From: Rhodospirillales bacterium
GTDB taxonomy: Bacteria > Pseudomonadota > Alphaproteobacteria > UBA828
Length of the DNA stretch: 64,000 nucleotides
NCBI GenBank assembly: GCA_028818565.1
Contig: JAPPNV010000176.1
Coordinates: 6,382-70,381, forward strand
Reading direction: 5' to 3'
Below, piece after piece: positions 42,295-52,635 of the stretch. The notes under the pieces were generated by a model. The model saw only the letters and a list, made by a program, of their open reading frames with translations, ran no database searches and was not told the DNA's origin. The stretch's first letter is position 1; each line of letters starts with the position of its first letter. A program made the translations under genes and the position numbers.

Positions 42295-43511
42295 TGGCCG
42301 ACAGCCTGGCTCCGAGGGATGCGGACGGCCTCGCGGATGCCGTGCGCTGGGCCGTCGCAGGCGAACACCCCCTTGAGGTCATCGCCGGCGGTTCCAAGCG
42401 GGACTTCGGCCGGCCGGTGCAGAGCGCGGCAACCCTCTCGCTCACCGCGTTCGACGGCATCGTCGACTATCAGCCCTCCGAGCTTGTGCTCACCGCCAAG
42501 GCGGCGACGCCGCTCGCCACCATTGAAGCCGCGACGGCGGCCGAGCGGCAGATGCTGGCGTTCGAGCCCGCCGATTACGCGCCCCTGCTGGGCACAGACG
42601 GCGAAGCGACGCTCGGCGGTGCGCTCGCCTGCAACCTCTCGGGCCCGCGCCGGATCAAGGCGGGGGCCGCGCGCGACCATTTCCTCGGCGTTCACGCGGT
42701 GAGCGGCCGAGGCGAACGCTTCAAGGCCGGCGGTCGCGTGGTCAAAAACGTGACGGGCTACGACGTCTGCAAGCTGCTCTCCGGTTCCTACGGCACGCTC
42801 GCGCTCATGCACGAGGTGACGGTCAAGGTCCTGCCCGCGCCGGAGCGGACGCGCACGGTCCTGGTCTTTGGGCTCGAGCCGGTCGATGCCATGGAGGCCT
42901 TGGGCGCGGCGCTCGGCAGCGCGCACGAGGTCTCGGGCGCGGCCCACATGCCGGCCGAGGTCGCGGCGTGCTCGGCCGTCTCCTACGTCGCGGGCGCCGG
43001 TGCTTCGGTCAGCGCGGTCCGGGTCGAGGGCTTTCCCGCCTCGGTGGAAGCGCGCTGCGGGGCGCTGCGTGAGCTGCTCGGGCGCTTCGGCGCCCTCGAA
43101 GAGCTTCACTCGAAGAACTCGGCGACGCTATGGCGCGAAATTCGGGACGTTCGGGCCTTCGCCGAGGACAACGGGCCGCTCTGGCGCCTCTCGGTGCCGC
43201 CGGCATCGGGTGCGGCCGCCGCTGCAAGGATCGCGGACGCGGCAGACGCGCGCACCCTCTTCGACTGGGGCGGCGGCCTGGTCTGGCTCGGCGTGAACGG
43301 TGCGGAGGACGCGGGCGAAGCCGCAGTGCGCGACGCCGCCGCGGCAGTGGGCGGGCACGCGACCCTGGTCCGCGCCGATGCGCCGACACGGGCCGCGCGC
43401 GCGGTATTCCAGCCCCAGACGGCCGGCCTCGCGGCTTTGACGGAGCGCCTCAAGCGGGCCTTCGATCCCGCAGGCGTGCTCAATCCCGGGCGCATGTACG
43501 CGGGCGTCTAG
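42294..43511 (+). CDS. glcE: glycolate oxidase FAD-binding subunit GlcE
   Basis: Start MADSLAP overlaps the glcD stop as TGATG. FAD-binding domain. Confidence 0.85.
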   Translation: MADSLAPRDADGLADAVRWAVAGEHPLEVIAGGSKRDFGRPVQSAATLSLTAFDGIVDYQPSELVLTAKAATPLATIEAATAAERQMLAFEPADYAPLLGTDGEATLGGALACNLSGPRRIKAGAARDHFLGVHAVSGRGERFKAGGRVVKNVTGYDVCKLLSGSYGTLALMHEVTVKVLPAPERTRTVLVFGLEPVDAMEALGAALGSAHEVSGAAHMPAEVAACSAVSYVAGAGASVSAVRVEGFPASVEARCGALRELLGRFGALEELHSKNSATLWREIRDVRAFAEDNGPLWRLSVPPASGAAAAARIADAADARTLFDWGGGLVWLGVNGAEDAGEAAVRDAAAAVGGHATLVRADAPTRAARAVFQPQTAGLAALTERLKRAFDPAGVLNPGRMYAGV

Positions 43512-43516
43512 CGGCG

Positions 43517-44821
43517 ATGCAGACCCAGTTCACCGAGAGCCAGCTGGCGCACCCGGCATTGGCGCAAGCCAACGAGGTGCTCCGCACCTGCGTCCATTGC
43601 GGCCTCTGCCTCGCCACCTGCCCCACCTATGCGCTGCTCGGCGACGAGCGGGACAGCCCGCGCGGACGCATCTACCTGATCAAGGACATGCTGGAGCATG
43701 ACGCGCCCGCCGACGCCACGGTCACCCGCCACATCGACCGCTGCCTTTCCTGCCTCTCGTGCATGACCACCTGCCCGGCGGGGGTCGACTACATGCACCT
43801 GGTCGACCACGCGCGTGGTTACATCGAACGCACCTGGAAGCGACCGCCCGTCGAACGCGCGCTCCGCACGTTGCTCAGCGTCGTGCTGCCGCGCCCTGGC
43901 CTGGCGCGCCTGGCGCTGCTCGCCGCGCGGGGGCCGGCGCTGCTGGCACCGCTCCTGGGCGGGCGAATTGGCGCCCTGCTCAGGCTTGCGGGCCGCCCTT
44001 CGTTTGGGCCGAGCTGGCTCGAGCGGCCGCAGGTCATCCCGGCCCAGGGCCGGCGGCGCAAGCGGGTGGCGCTGCTTACCGGTTGCGTCCAATGCGTATT
44101 GGCGCCGGAGATCAACGAGTCGGCGGTGCGCGTGCTGACCCGCCACGGCTGCGAGGTGGTCGTGCCGCGCGGCGCGAGCTGTTGCGGCGCACTGGCGCAC
44201 CATCTGGGCGATGAGGCGCGGGGCCATGCCCAAGCCGGGCGCACGGCGGCCGCATTCGCACACGAGGCAGCCCAAGGCGGGCTCGACGCCATCGTCGCCA
44301 CGGCGTCCGGCTGCGGGACGATGCTCAAGGACTACGGCCACCTGCTCAAGGACGACAAGACCCACTCGGAGGCCGGGACGCAGGTAGCAGGGCTCGCCCG
44401 CGATGTCAGCGAGGTGCTCGACGAGCTCGATCTTGCGGTTGCCGGGGCGCCGCCGACGCGTGCACCCGTCGCCTATCACTCGGCCTGCTCGCTCCAGCAC
44501 GGCCAGAAGATCGACCGACAGCCGATGGCGCTCCTTGCCGCCGCCGGCTTCACCGTGCGAACGGTTCCGGACGGTCATTTCTGCTGCGGTTCGGCGGGCA
44601 CCTATAATATGCTCCAGCCTGACTTGGCCGGTGCGCTCGGCGCGCGCAAGGCGGCGGCGATCGAGAGCACCGGTGCCGCGCTCGTGGCTGCGGGCAATAT
44701 CGGCTGCATGGTTCAAATCGCCGGCCACTCCGCGTTGCCGGTGTTGCATACGGTCGAGCTGCTCGACTGGGCAACCGGCGGGCCGCGCCCGCCCGCGCTC
44801 GAGCGGCTCGCCGTCGCTTGA
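43517..44821 (+). CDS. glcF: glycolate oxidase iron-sulfur subunit GlcF
   Basis: Two 4Fe-4S motifs (CVHCGLCLATCP, CLSCLSCMTTCP) and CCG domains (CCGSAG). Confidence 0.85.
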   Translation: MQTQFTESQLAHPALAQANEVLRTCVHCGLCLATCPTYALLGDERDSPRGRIYLIKDMLEHDAPADATVTRHIDRCLSCLSCMTTCPAGVDYMHLVDHARGYIERTWKRPPVERALRTLLSVVLPRPGLARLALLAARGPALLAPLLGGRIGALLRLAGRPSFGPSWLERPQVIPAQGRRRKRVALLTGCVQCVLAPEINESAVRVLTRHGCEVVVPRGASCCGALAHHLGDEARGHAQAGRTAAAFAHEAAQGGLDAIVATASGCGTMLKDYGHLLKDDKTHSEAGTQVAGLARDVSEVLDELDLAVAGAPPTRAPVAYHSACSLQHGQKIDRQPMALLAAAGFTVRTVPDGHFCCGSAGTYNMLQPDLAGALGARKAAAIESTGAALVAAGNIGCMVQIAGHSALPVLHTVELLDWATGGPRPPALERLAVA

Positions 44822-44903
44822 TGCCGGTCGAGCGAAGCGAGCGCGGGCCGGGCGGCATCGGGTCGGAACCGTATGATGAGCTTTCGTGGCGGAGCATGAC
44901 GCC

Positions 44904-45242
44904 ATGGACGTGACGACAGAATGGAAGGACGGCGTGCTGTCCGTCGGCGTGGAGGGGCGCATCGACGGCTCCACCGTCTTCGCGTTTCAAGAGGCAATCG
45001 AATCCGCGGTCAAGGACGGCGACCGCGCCGTGATCGTGGATTGCGAGAAGCTCGAGTACCTGGGCAGCGCGGGCCTCCGTACCGTACTCGCGATCGCCAA
45101 GAGCCTTTCGAATCGCGACACGCGGTTCGCGCTTTGCTCGCTTCTGGATCAGGTTCGGGCCGTCTTCGAGACGAGCGGCTTCGACACCATCATCGCGATC
45201 CACGCGTCGCGAGATGAAGCACTCGCCTCCCTCGACAGCTGA
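44904..45242 (+). CDS. STAS-domain anti-sigma-factor antagonist (SpoIIAA-like)
   Basis: About 112 aa, LEYLGSAGLRTVLAIAKSL. A candidate phospho-serine is present in DCEKLEYLGSAGL. Confidence 0.7.
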   Translation: MDVTTEWKDGVLSVGVEGRIDGSTVFAFQEAIESAVKDGDRAVIVDCEKLEYLGSAGLRTVLAIAKSLSNRDTRFALCSLLDQVRAVFETSGFDTIIAIHASRDEALASLDS

Positions 45243-45295
45243 GTTGGAGGCCGCTCCCCGTCAACGCGCGCTCTCGCCGGCCGCACACGGGGAAG

Positions 45296-46240
45296 TTACG
45301 ATCGGATCTCCTTCCGCGCCTCCTCCGTGAGCGCGAGGCCCGCAGTGGTCGCGGCCTCCGCCAGAAGATCGATCCATCGTTGACCATGAGCCGCGACACG
45401 GTGGGTGAGGCCGATTCGCCGGAGCGGCTCGGGCGCGTCGAAGCGAAGATAGCTCAGATCCGGGCTGGCCGTGCGTTCAGTGAGCGCGGCAGTCTCGGGC
45501 AGGAGCGTCAACCCTGCACCGCTGGCAACGAGGCGCGATAGTGTGGCGAGCGACTGTGCGCCGCGCCGCACCTCCTGCATGCGCCACATCAGGCAGGCGC
45601 CCAGTACCTGGTCGGCCAGGCAATGGCCGTCGCTGAGCGTAAGGAGCGGCCCTATGTCGGCTCGGGCCAGGTCCTCCGGGCGCAGGTCGTCGCCGAGTGC
45701 GCGGCGAATCGAGGCGAGACGCTCGGCACGACCGGCCAGCACGAGGCGGTCCTCGAACAATTCGCGCTCGGGCAGCTCCAGCATTCCCAGCGGAAGCGAG
45801 ACGATTGCCGCGTCGAGACGACCGGCGAGCAATCCGGTCACGAGCTCCTGCCCCGGTGCTTCCAGTAGCTCGAGTTCGATGCGGGGTGAAACGTCGGGCA
45901 GATGGCTCAGCATTCCTGGCAGCAGGTAGGGCGAGAGTGTGGAGACGATCCCGACGGCGACTCTGAGCGGCCCGGCCTCGAATCGCTGGCCCATGGTTTC
46001 GAGGAGCAGCGTTTCGTCCAGAATTCGGAGCGTCTGCTCATGCGCCTCCCGGCCGAGCGGCGTGAGGAGGATGCCGCGGCTCTCGCGCTCGACCAGCGGC
46101 CCGCCCAGCGAGGCCTCGAGCTCGCGAATTTGGAGCGAGAGCGCTGGTTGCGAGACATGAACGCTCTCGGCCGCGCGACTGAAGGAGCCGTGCTCGATCA
46201 GTGCTTGAAAGTAGCGTAGCTGACGCAACGTAACGGGCAT
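45296..46240 (-). CDS. LysR family transcriptional regulator
   Basis: N-terminal HTH LRQLRYFQALIEHGSFSRAAESVHVSQPALSLQIRELE. Confidence 0.85.
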   Translation of the reverse strand: MPVTLRQLRYFQALIEHGSFSRAAESVHVSQPALSLQIRELEASLGGPLVERESRGILLTPLGREAHEQTLRILDETLLLETMGQRFEAGPLRVAVGIVSTLSPYLLPGMLSHLPDVSPRIELELLEAPGQELVTGLLAGRLDAAIVSLPLGMLELPERELFEDRLVLAGRAERLASIRRALGDDLRPEDLARADIGPLLTLSDGHCLADQVLGACLMWRMQEVRRGAQSLATLSRLVASGAGLTLLPETAALTERTASPDLSYLRFDAPEPLRRIGLTHRVAAHGQRWIDLLAEAATTAGLALTEEARKEIRS

Positions 46241-46893
46241 GTTCTTATTCCCAATGGTGTGACAGCGGCCAAGAAATTGCTTGAGTCGCGCTGGTCCGGC
46301 CCACCGATAGGGGCCGGCGTGAAGCCACTGGTACCTCCCGTCAGTTTCAGGTCAAGGCGTCGCAGGATCGACCGTGGGGTTGGGCTCCCGCCCAGGCGGC
46401 CGGAAACCCATTTGCCTGGCCGGGTCTTTCGTAGCCGCCCGTCCCAGGCCCCGACAACGCCTCGGGGCACATGGGGACGCGTGGGATTGGCCGTGCGCCT
46501 CCGGGACTGGCAAGGTAGCTCGGCGGTTCCGCTCCGGGGAGCGGGGCTTCAGCCAACGACGGTATTCGTGAGTGCTTTACCCGTCAGCCTGCGCGCTTCG
46601 CGCTCCCTCGCCCGATCCCTTCCCTCTCGGTATCGCCGATCGCCTTCACCCTGAGCCACGCTTACGGGGGCACTTTCTCGTATCCGCTCATGGTTATCGC
46701 CTCCCTGTCTTGTCGTTTCGAGAACTCGTCCGGCGGACGCCGGAAACCGAGCTATCGTTGTTTACGCTGGTTGCACGCCGCACATGATGTCTTACGACGG
46801 CTTGAAAGGCCAATCTCCGTTACCGGTGTCTTCGCCCTCTGATGGTCTTCGCTTGTTCGATACGTTGGCCCGCAAAGGCGCAATCAGCCGTCT

Positions 46894-48879
46894 TCAGCCG
46901 GGCGCGCTGTCATCTGCCGTACCGTCATAGCGCAGCACGATGCAGGTGATGTCGTCGGACTGCTCTGCGCCGGCCACGAAGTTAACCACCGCGCTGGTGA
47001 CATTCTCAAGGACGGAATCGACAGGCAGATCGTGTCCTTTGGCCAAGACCGCCTCCAGGCGAGCCTCGGTGAACTCCTCGTCCTCCTTGTTCATGGCTTC
47101 GGTAATGCCGTCCGTATAGAGGAACATCGTGTCTCCCGGTGTCAGCGTTACCGCGTCTTCGGCATAGGGCAGTCCGGGCATAACGCCCACCGCCATGCCT
47201 CCGGTCATCGGCAGCGGCAAGACTTCGCCGGGGCGCTTGACGACGAACGGCGGGTTGTGTCCGGCATTGGCAAAAACGAATTCGCCTGTTTCGGGATCCA
47301 GGATGCCATAGAAGAGCGTCACGAATAGATCCTGGGGGTTCTGCTCGCATATGGTGTCGTTGACTTCCTGCAGGCATGGGCCCGGGGTGGGATGACGGGC
47401 CGCCGCGGCCCGCATGATGGTCCGCGCAATTGCCATAAAGAACGCGGCCGGCACGCCCTTGCCGGAGACGTCCGCCATAACCACGCTGAGGCGACCGTCG
47501 TCGAGGGTGAAAAAGTCGTAGAAGTCGCCGCCCATCTCGCGCGCAGGCGTCATGAGTGCGTGCCCGGAAAAGTTCTGACTCTCCGGCAGCGTCTTGGGCA
47601 GGATCGCACCCTGCAGGGCGTGCGCGATCATGAGCTCGGATTCCATCCGCTGCTTGGCTTTTTCGAGCTGCGCGTTCGATGCCTCCAGCTCCCGCGTGCG
47701 GGCGCGCACCATGCTTTCCAGATATTCCTCGCGCGCCTGGACCTGGCGCACCATGTTCTGGAAGACGCGGACCAGCGTCCCGAGCTCGTCCCGCCGAACG
47801 GCGACCGGGTCCAGCGTCTCCGGGGCGAAGCTGAGGGTGTCGGTGTCCACCTCCGCCGCTGCCGTGGTCAACGCGGTGACCGGCTGCACGATACGGCGTG
47901 CGGAGAACGCCGCGATGAGCGAGCCGACAGCGAAGGCTGCCGCGGCCACGATCAAGCCGTACTTGATGTGGTCCGCAAACAGTTTATCCAGATGGTCCCG
48001 CTGCATGTGGATCACCGCGGCGCCGGTGGCGACGCCGCCGCGGTCGAGGATCGGCGCCGCCACATGGAGCGCATTCTCGCCGAGGTAGGATACAGCACCG
48101 TCGATGCCCAGAGCGCGGGTGGCAAGGTCCTGGTCCTGGGCCGACAACGCTGCCTCGGCCTCGGAAACGTCTGCGCCCTCGAAGGTGGCCATGCCGATCA
48201 AGTGGAACAAATCGTTGACCACCCAGATCGCCTGGACGGCTTCCCGCCCGGCCAGCGAGTCCAGAGCCGCGTCGATGCCGATGACCTCACCGGGACCGCC
48301 GGTCTCCGTCGCCAGCGTCCCGACCAGCACGGCCTCGTGGGTGCCTGCGCGAACGCCGACGTACCTGATGGGCTTTTCCCATCCCATCGGCGGCATCGAC
48401 TGGAAGGCGACGGAGAAGCGCCGGCCTGAGACCAGCGCCTCCACGGCACGGGGATCGATCCCGGCAGAGGCCAGATCCAGCGCCTCGCTCTGGCTCAGGC
48501 CGTCGACAGCGCGCACCTGCGGCGAACCGGACTCGTCCAGCAGCCAGATATCGTCGACGGCGCTGTCCGCCGTCAGCTTCGCGAAATAGATGCCAAGGGC
48601 GCGCTCGTCTTCTGCTGCATGTGCGTGGTTGTCGAGATGGCGGGCGATGGCCAGCGCCTGCGCTTCCATCTGCATGACGATCATCCGGTCGATCGCGTCA
48701 GCCGTGTGCTCCGCCCGGTTGGCCTCGCTCGCGATCAGCCCGGCGACGAGCCGCGCCTGATCCTCGGCCTGCTCGATCAAGGCATCGCGCGCGAGCAAGC
48801 CCATCGCCACGGCAACGCCGGCAATCGCGACGCCGACCGACGCGGCGACCGTGATTATCAGGCGTCTGGAAAGGGTCAA
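46894..48879 (-). CDS. membrane sensor HAMP-domain PP2C-type (SpoIIE/RsbU-like) serine phosphatase
   Basis: 2 TM helices flank a ~270-aa periplasmic domain, followed by HAMP and a coiled coil. PP2C motifs are DVSGKGVPAAFFMA and a C-terminal DDITCIVL. Confidence 0.8.
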   Translation of the reverse strand: MTLSRRLIITVAASVGVAIAGVAVAMGLLARDALIEQAEDQARLVAGLIASEANRAEHTADAIDRMIVMQMEAQALAIARHLDNHAHAAEDERALGIYFAKLTADSAVDDIWLLDESGSPQVRAVDGLSQSEALDLASAGIDPRAVEALVSGRRFSVAFQSMPPMGWEKPIRYVGVRAGTHEAVLVGTLATETGGPGEVIGIDAALDSLAGREAVQAIWVVNDLFHLIGMATFEGADVSEAEAALSAQDQDLATRALGIDGAVSYLGENALHVAAPILDRGGVATGAAVIHMQRDHLDKLFADHIKYGLIVAAAAFAVGSLIAAFSARRIVQPVTALTTAAAEVDTDTLSFAPETLDPVAVRRDELGTLVRVFQNMVRQVQAREEYLESMVRARTRELEASNAQLEKAKQRMESELMIAHALQGAILPKTLPESQNFSGHALMTPAREMGGDFYDFFTLDDGRLSVVMADVSGKGVPAAFFMAIARTIMRAAAARHPTPGPCLQEVNDTICEQNPQDLFVTLFYGILDPETGEFVFANAGHNPPFVVKRPGEVLPLPMTGGMAVGVMPGLPYAEDAVTLTPGDTMFLYTDGITEAMNKEDEEFTEARLEAVLAKGHDLPVDSVLENVTSAVVNFVAGAEQSDDITCIVLRYDGTADDSAPG

Positions 48880-48934
48880 CGGCGATATCCCGCTGTGGCG
48901 TACGACCGATGCCCACGCCCGGCGGGGGGCGCTC

Positions 48935-49612
48935 TCACGGCAATGGGCCGCCGGTCAGGTCGGTGGCCTCATCCAGCGGCCGGTGGACGCGACGCTTGAT
49001 GTGCCTGCTGAGCCAATTCATGCCGAACGTCAACAGGAGGCTAAACCCGAGGAACCAGATCATAGCCCAAAGATAGACCCAGAGCGCCAGCCCGACCTTG
49101 TCCACCGCGCCGATCACCGTATCCGCCCGACGTACGAGCTCGGGCACGCCGATCACCGAGGCCGTGCTGGAAGCCATGACGATGATGAGAAAGTAGCTGG
49201 TCCATGCCGGCACGAACAATAGCGCCTCTGCGATCTCGTGGCGGCGCAGATGGCGAATGGCGGCGAGCGCGTTGTCGGACACGTAGCCGGCGACGGCGAT
49301 TCCCAGCGCGAGCGACGCCTTGATCCATGCCGGAAATGTCGCGGCGGCGCCGAAGAGCGTGAACTCGGTTGGGATGATGTAGGCGAGGTAGAACAGCATG
49401 ACGAAGGTCGGCGCGTTGCGCGCAAGCGTCGTCACCGCGCTGCCGCTATGCCTCACACTCCAGTGGGCGCCGCCCCGCAGCAGCGCCAGCCCCAGGCCGA
49501 CGATGGTACCGACGGCCATGGCAACCAGGGAAACGATGATGTTCCAGCCGAACCCTTCCGCCAGATAGGGCGACCAGGCCCACAGGACGTCTACGGTCTC
49601 CTGCGCGGTCAT
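48935..49612 (-). CDS. amino-acid ABC transporter permease (His/Glu/Gln/Arg/opine family)
   Basis: Start MTAQETVDVLW at ATG 49612 overlaps the upstream stop as ATGA. EAA-loop-like permease topology. Confidence 0.8.
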   Translation of the reverse strand: MTAQETVDVLWAWSPYLAEGFGWNIIVSLVAMAVGTIVGLGLALLRGGAHWSVRHSGSAVTTLARNAPTFVMLFYLAYIIPTEFTLFGAAATFPAWIKASLALGIAVAGYVSDNALAAIRHLRRHEIAEALLFVPAWTSYFLIIVMASSTASVIGVPELVRRADTVIGAVDKVGLALWVYLWAMIWFLGFSLLLTFGMNWLSRHIKRRVHRPLDEATDLTGGPLP

Positions 49613-51210
49613 CGCGTGACGGCCTTGCCCCGCTCGAACCGCCGGAAGAGCTGCACCGTGATGATGACGAGGACGAAGTAACAGATCAGAAGCAGATTCA
49701 TCATCACGTCGGCGTTGCCCTTTTCGGCCACGATGGAGGTGCTGGCGTGGACGAGCTCGGGCAGCGCGAGGGTACTGGCCATTCCCGTGGCCTTCACGAT
49801 GTTGGCGGAGTTGCCCATGACCGCGGCGTAGCAGAGTGCGAATCCCCGCTGAACATCCCTGGGCGTGAGGCGGAGCCGCCGGCCGCCGGCGGCCGCAACG
49901 TCCGCCGCCAGCGAGAACGCGATGGCATTGCTCGACGCCGCGTAGAGAGACAGCACCACGGCGGCGACGAGGAAGGCATCGACGGTGAAACCCAGAGCCA
50001 GCAGGACGCCGCCCAGGCCGAAGAACACGATGTAGAGCTGGAGCAACGGGGGCGTCATGCGCATGAACTCGCTGAACCCCCGCAGGAAGTGACTCACGCC
50101 CGGCACGCGCCGGTGCATCAGCCATCCGAACAGCACGCCGAGGACGATGCTGCCGACCACCGTGATCACAGACAGAAGCGCCGTCAGCCCCAACCCATAA
50201 AGAAATACGTCCCGGTCGAGCGGGTCGTACAGGATGCTGATGTCGAGACCCGTCACCTCCATGATGGTCAGCGAGAAGCCCGAGAGGCCGCCGATGCCGC
50301 TGCCGGTGACGAGGGCGACCTCGCGGCATTCCAGTGGCCACTGACCCTGCTCGTTGCGCTGGCATTTCAACTCGCCGGTCTCGTCAACCTCCTGCCAGGT
50401 GATACGCGCATCCCGAATGAACGGAGACGGCGGCAGGCCCCACTTCTTTTCCAGCGATTGCAGGAACCCGTCGCGATGCCACTGCGCCAGCGTGTCGCCC
50501 ATCAACTGATCGAGCTGGCTGCCGCCTTCCTCCTTGGCGATGGCAACGGCCCAGGGCAGCACGAAGCGTGTCGGCAGGGAGACGGAAAAGCCCTCCCAAT
50601 CGCCGGTCTCGATCTCGTGAAGAAGAAGGACCTCGTCGTAGATCCAGCCGACGCAATGCTCGTTCCGCAGCGCCTGGGCGGCTTCCCGGGTGCTGTTGAA
50701 CGCGGTCACGTCGAGCAGCAAGCGCTGCTTGGCCAGCCGGTTCCAGAGCGAGCCTTGAAGCCCGCAGACGGTCTGGCCGCGCAGGTCGGCCCAGGTGCCG
50801 ATCCTGGCACTGTCCCGCAGAAGCACGTTGGCGCCGTTGCCGTAGTATTGCGGCTCGATCATGGTGACCAGCTCGCGGCGGCTGCGGGTGTCGCCCATGG
50901 TGGCAGCGACGATGTCGATGTCGCCCCGCTCCACCTTTTGCAAGCGATTGGCGCTGGTTACCGGCACCAGCTCGAGGTCGACGCCGATGGCCTCCGCGAA
51001 GCCGCGCGCCACGTCCACGTCGTAGCCGACAAGCGCTCCGTCAGCGTCGCGGAAGCCGAACGGCGCGTAGTCCTCCTTGACGCCGACGATAACCTGGCCG
51101 CGGTCCTGGATCTCCTGCAGTCGGTCGGCAAGCGCGGGAGCGGCCAAGCCTGCCCAGGCGGTGAGCAAGACCGCGAGGAAAAGCCACCATTTGGGAATGC
51201 GCCGGCTCAA
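49609..51210 (-). CDS. fused periplasmic amino-acid-binding domain (SBP family 3) and ABC permease
   Basis: Signal peptide, then an SBP_bac_3 domain (VIVGVKEDYAPFGFRD...), then a polytopic permease half. No ATPase gene is adjacent. Confidence 0.75.
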   Translation of the reverse strand: MSRRIPKWWLFLAVLLTAWAGLAAPALADRLQEIQDRGQVIVGVKEDYAPFGFRDADGALVGYDVDVARGFAEAIGVDLELVPVTSANRLQKVERGDIDIVAATMGDTRSRRELVTMIEPQYYGNGANVLLRDSARIGTWADLRGQTVCGLQGSLWNRLAKQRLLLDVTAFNSTREAAQALRNEHCVGWIYDEVLLLHEIETGDWEGFSVSLPTRFVLPWAVAIAKEEGGSQLDQLMGDTLAQWHRDGFLQSLEKKWGLPPSPFIRDARITWQEVDETGELKCQRNEQGQWPLECREVALVTGSGIGGLSGFSLTIMEVTGLDISILYDPLDRDVFLYGLGLTALLSVITVVGSIVLGVLFGWLMHRRVPGVSHFLRGFSEFMRMTPPLLQLYIVFFGLGGVLLALGFTVDAFLVAAVVLSLYAASSNAIAFSLAADVAAAGGRRLRLTPRDVQRGFALCYAAVMGNSANIVKATGMASTLALPELVHASTSIVAEKGNADVMMNLLLICYFVLVIITVQLFRRFERGKAVTR

Positions 51211-51690
51211 GCGCCGAGTCTCCGGAGCCGCACGATCGGCTTGTGGTCGGTAACGTCGATGGCGGGGCCGCCGCCTCGGCTACACCCCGGTGCGAAGAAT
51301 GAGAACAGCGGGCGAGCCCGCATCACCCCGTTCGCGCGGCGCGAACGCCGCTCGCTGGTACGCCGCACGTGCATACCGCTGCCGCAACGCTGGGAATGTG
51401 GATGACCGTCGCGTGAATCATCGTTGCAACCCAGGTTGGAATCACCGGAGAAAGAGATAACCCCGGATGAAGGGCCGGGCGGCGTGCCGTAGCCCCAACA
51501 CGGCGCGAAACGCCTCCCTACACCCTGTCTCCTTTAAGCCTATCCGATATGGAAGCCGCGTGAAATAGAGTATCGTGCCGCGCTGGGTGAACCGTCTTAC
51601 GCCGTTGCCGCTCATGCGTCGGCACGGCACGATACCGACAGGGAGGTCGCCGCGCCTCGTGACATCGGCGATCGGGCCTTTGGAGAAGAC

Positions 51691-52635
51691 ATGATCGGAT
51701 TCGACGATCGTCGACAGTCCGGTCGGCTGCTCTGTCGGCCGCCGCTCCGATACGTGGGCGCCGTGCTTGCACTTGCCCTGCTGGCAACGGCCCTGCCGCA
51801 CCCCACGCCGCCGGCGCACGCCGCCGCCGACGGCGTACTCGCCAAGGTCGAGGCCGAGGGCGTAATTCGCGCCGGCACCAGGGCGAGCGCACCGCCCTTC
51901 GCCCGGAAGCTTGAAACTGGAGGGTTCGAAGGCTTTTCGGTCGATCTCCTGGAAGCGATCCGGGCCTCGGCGGAGGAGATGGTCGGCCGACCGGTCACAC
52001 TCGAACTGCAGGAGGTGACGCCCGCTGACCGGCTTGAGCGGGTCGCTGCGGGCGAGCTCGACATCGTGTGCGGCATCACGACGCCAACCTGGGATCGGGA
52101 AGCGCTGGTCGACTTCTCCGTGCCGTTCTTTCGCGACGGCACGCGCATCCTGATTTATCGGGAAAAGGCCATGGGCGGCGTGGACCTCGGAATGCTCGAT
52201 ATCGGGGTGGTCGAGGGCACGACCACCGTGACGATCGTCAAGGACCAGCTTCCCACGGCCAACCTGCATCTCTTTCCCACCATGAAGGACGCCATGACCG
52301 CGCTTGCGGCAGGCGAGGTGAGCGGCGTCGCCAATATCGGCATCACCCTGCTGGGGCTTGCGGCGAAGCAGGAGCCGCGTCGCAGCGTGGTCCTGCTGCC
52401 GCGCACCTTTGCGCTTGCCATGGAAACGCTGGCCTGCGTCCTGCCGCAGGACGACAGCCCGTGGCGCGACACGGTCAACCGGGTCATCATCGACATGTTC
52501 GCCGGCGTCAAGGACGCGAACAGCCGCTACGACGAGGTCTACGAGCGCTGGTTCGGGCGCGACAGCGCAATCTTTTATCCGCTCGACCGCGACAATCGCA
52601 CCTACCTCAGCACGGTTTCGATCTGGGCGCGCTGA
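51691..52635 (+). CDS. amino-acid ABC transporter substrate-binding protein (SBP family 3)
   Basis: Signal peptide plus VIRAGTRASAPPFA...FEGFSVDL. The start may lie at a downstream GTG. Confidence 0.7.
   Translation: MIGFDDRRQSGRLLCRPPLRYVGAVLALALLATALPHPTPPAHAAADGVLAKVEAEGVIRAGTRASAPPFARKLETGGFEGFSVDLLEAIRASAEEMVGRPVTLELQEVTPADRLERVAAGELDIVCGITTPTWDREALVDFSVPFFRDGTRILIYREKAMGGVDLGMLDIGVVEGTTTVTIVKDQLPTANLHLFPTMKDAMTALAAGEVSGVANIGITLLGLAAKQEPRRSVVLLPRTFALAMETLACVLPQDDSPWRDTVNRVIIDMFAGVKDANSRYDEVYERWFGRDSAIFYPLDRDNRTYLSTVSIWAR

Noticed and set aside
40660-44974. Antisense ORFs over glcD/glcE/glcF (40660..42255 -, 42219..43109 -, 43508..44974 -)
   Set aside because: Same reasoning. glcDEF carry clear FAD and Fe-S motifs on the plus strand.
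46241-46893. Candidate RNase P RNA, tmRNA, SRP RNA or cobalamin riboswitch in the 650-bp gap
   Set aside because: I looked for the conserved RNase P P4 and 3' motifs, a tRNA-like T-loop (GGTTCGANTCC) with a tag reading frame ending in a stop, SRP domain IV, and B12-box/GGGAAGGC elements. None were present in a convincing arrangement on either strand.
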